A stretch of DNA of 7,267 nucleotides, from contig NW_021828890.1 in assembly GCF_006345805.1 (NCBI RefSeq), forward strand, positions 1 to 7,267, in the 5' to 3' direction. Source of the stretch: Octopus sinensis (lineage: Eukaryota). Positions within the stretch are counted from its first letter, which is position 1; each line of letters begins with the position of its first letter. Of this stretch, positions 6,026 through 7,267 are shown one piece after another. Under the pieces are notes generated by a model. It was not told the DNA's origin. It ran no database searches and saw only the letters and a program-made list of their open reading frames with translations. Position numbers and translations under genes: made by a program.

Positions 6026-6331
6026 CAAGTGGAGGCACATGGCCTAGTGGTTAGAGAAGCGGATTCGCGGTCGAAGGATTGCGGGTTCGAATCTCAGACC
6101 GGGTGATGTGTGTGATTCTGAGCGAAACACCTAAGCTCCACGCAGCTCCGGCAGAAGGTAATGGCGAACTTCTGCTGACTCTTTCGCCACAACTTTCTCT
6201 CACTCTTTCCTCCTGCATCTTGCAGCTCACCTGCGACGGACCGGCGTCCCGTTCAGGTGGGGAACCTATACGCTGAGGAAACCCAGAAACCGGCCCTTAT
6301 GAGCCAGGCGTCGCTCGAGAAGGAACAAACA
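6026..6331 (+). mobile_element. tRNA-derived SINE, family E, full length with TSD
   Basis: A box TGGCCTAGTGG (6040-6050), B box GTTCGAATC (6085-6093), (CAA)-type tail aacaaacaac. Perfect 10-bp TSD acttcagtgt at 6016-6025 and 6332-6341. The 3' part (ctgcgacggaccggcgtcccg...ccggcccttatgagccaggcgtcgctcg) resembles RTE-LINE-type SINE tails. Confidence 0.92.
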
Positions 6332-6571
6332 ACTTCAGTGTATGATACCACAACAGTAAGGAATACAGTAAATACGTGGTTTGAATTTCGCAGGTAGCTT
6401 TCACCATTTTCTTTTCCTTTTTTTTTTTCGTCTGGGTCTTTTAATTCCTTTGCATTATGAACATCAATTTATAAATGGAATGGCATTCGAGATACATTGT
6501 TTACTGTAGATTTACTTATGTGTATATGTGTAGCTTTTCCTTGTTCAGAAAATTTAAAAACTACACATGTA

Positions 6572-6625
6572 AAGGCGTCGAAATTCGGCATGCCCGAGGC
6601 GCCAGCGATTCTAGGATCGGCCCTG
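6572..6625. mobile_element. Probable solitary terminus of a hAT-type MITE
   Basis: GC-rich island ggcgccagcgattctaggatcggccctg; reverse complement begins CAGGGCCGATCCTAG, a terminal pattern typical of hAT MITEs. The partner end was not found. Confidence 0.35.
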
Positions 6626-6789
6626 ATCAGCAAGAACATAATTTTAGTTCAAAGTTTTCAGTTAGAAGAAAAGGAGAAAACAAAATATGTTTATTGAGGG
6701 TCAGTCGACAGATGCCGGAGGTTAGCTCTGGTTTTACTCCCCAACTGCTTCCATCAAGAAACTTCGTACAACTTCCAATCAGTGAAAGA

Positions 6790-6907
6790 CATATGTGCGC
6801 ATACATGCACATATATAAACACAGCAAAGACATACAAGATAAGTATATGTATGTATATATGTATATATATATATATATGTGTATATATATATATATACAT
6901 ACATACA
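6790..6907. repeat. Mixed (TA)/(CA)/(TG) microsatellite region
   Basis: Direct reading; purest (TA)n at about 6855-6897. Confidence 0.9.
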
Positions 6908-6928
6908 CAATCCGTATCATTCAACGAA

Positions 6929-6968
6929 TCATCTGGTACTACCAGATGAATAGACTCAAGCATACGCG

Positions 6969-7007
<39 letters not shown>

Positions 7008-7182
7008 ATGCATGTATATCTGGTACCACCAGACATATAGACGCAAACATTCGCGCACGCGCGCACACACGAACACACACACACACGTACGAACATGTAC
7101 ATATGGTACCACCAAATATATAGACGCAAATATACGCGCACGCGCACCTACACAACCACATACACGCGCACACATAATTATA
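6929..7182. repeat. Three-unit minisatellite (83-87 bp) with palindromic head and internal (CG)/(CA) microsatellite
   Basis: Units start at 6931, 7018 and 7101 with atYtggtacYaccaRa...tagacKcaaRYatWcgcgcacgc (unit 3 begins atat), followed by a variable CA-rich tract. Confidence 0.85.
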
Positions 7183-7267
7183 CTTAGACATACATTAAAT
7201 CCCTCATAGAATTCAGACACTTAGACGCATGCGCACTCACGCAGCGTACTTACATTGACAGGCTCAC

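Noticed and set aside
1391-6331. Strand bias of retroposons (8 of 10 on +) as evidence for a minus-strand host gene
   Set aside because: A two-sided binomial probability of about 0.11 is not significant.
6929-7182. CRISPR-like look (palindromic repeats with variable spacers)
   Set aside because: Repeats are degenerate, spacers are CA/CG microsatellite, there are no cas genes, and the context is eukaryotic.
6475-7209. Longest ORF (244 aa, +) and the overlapping minus-strand ORFs
   Set aside because: They run through (TA)n, (CA)n and (CG)n tracts that lack stops and translate as YI/HT/CV repeats; no domain or splice support.

Overview
Repeat-dense, AT-rich eukaryotic non-coding DNA, either intronic or intergenic. 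The repeat families match ones I recall from octopod (Octopus-type) genomes; that is recall, not a database search. The window holds nine tRNA-headed SINE copies from four families (my labels A, B, D, E) plus one unclassified interspersed repeat (C), together about one third of the window. It also has mariner/Tc1 remnants, two probable hAT-type MITE ends, many microsatellites and three tandem repeats. No intact gene is present, and the listed ORFs are mostly artefacts of simple repeats, SINEs or a mariner pseudogene. The most notable structure is a fold-back mariner at 3910-4575: its transposase is cut right after the WVPHTL motif and joined to a 120-bp inverted copy of its own 5' region. A second, much older mariner fragment missing from the ORF track also starts with an inverted duplication, a 17-bp-stem hairpin. 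A GC-richer island at 330-470 carries splice signals and is the only plausible host exon. I do not see convincing evidence of a new biological system; the findings concern transposon rearrangement and SINE modularity.
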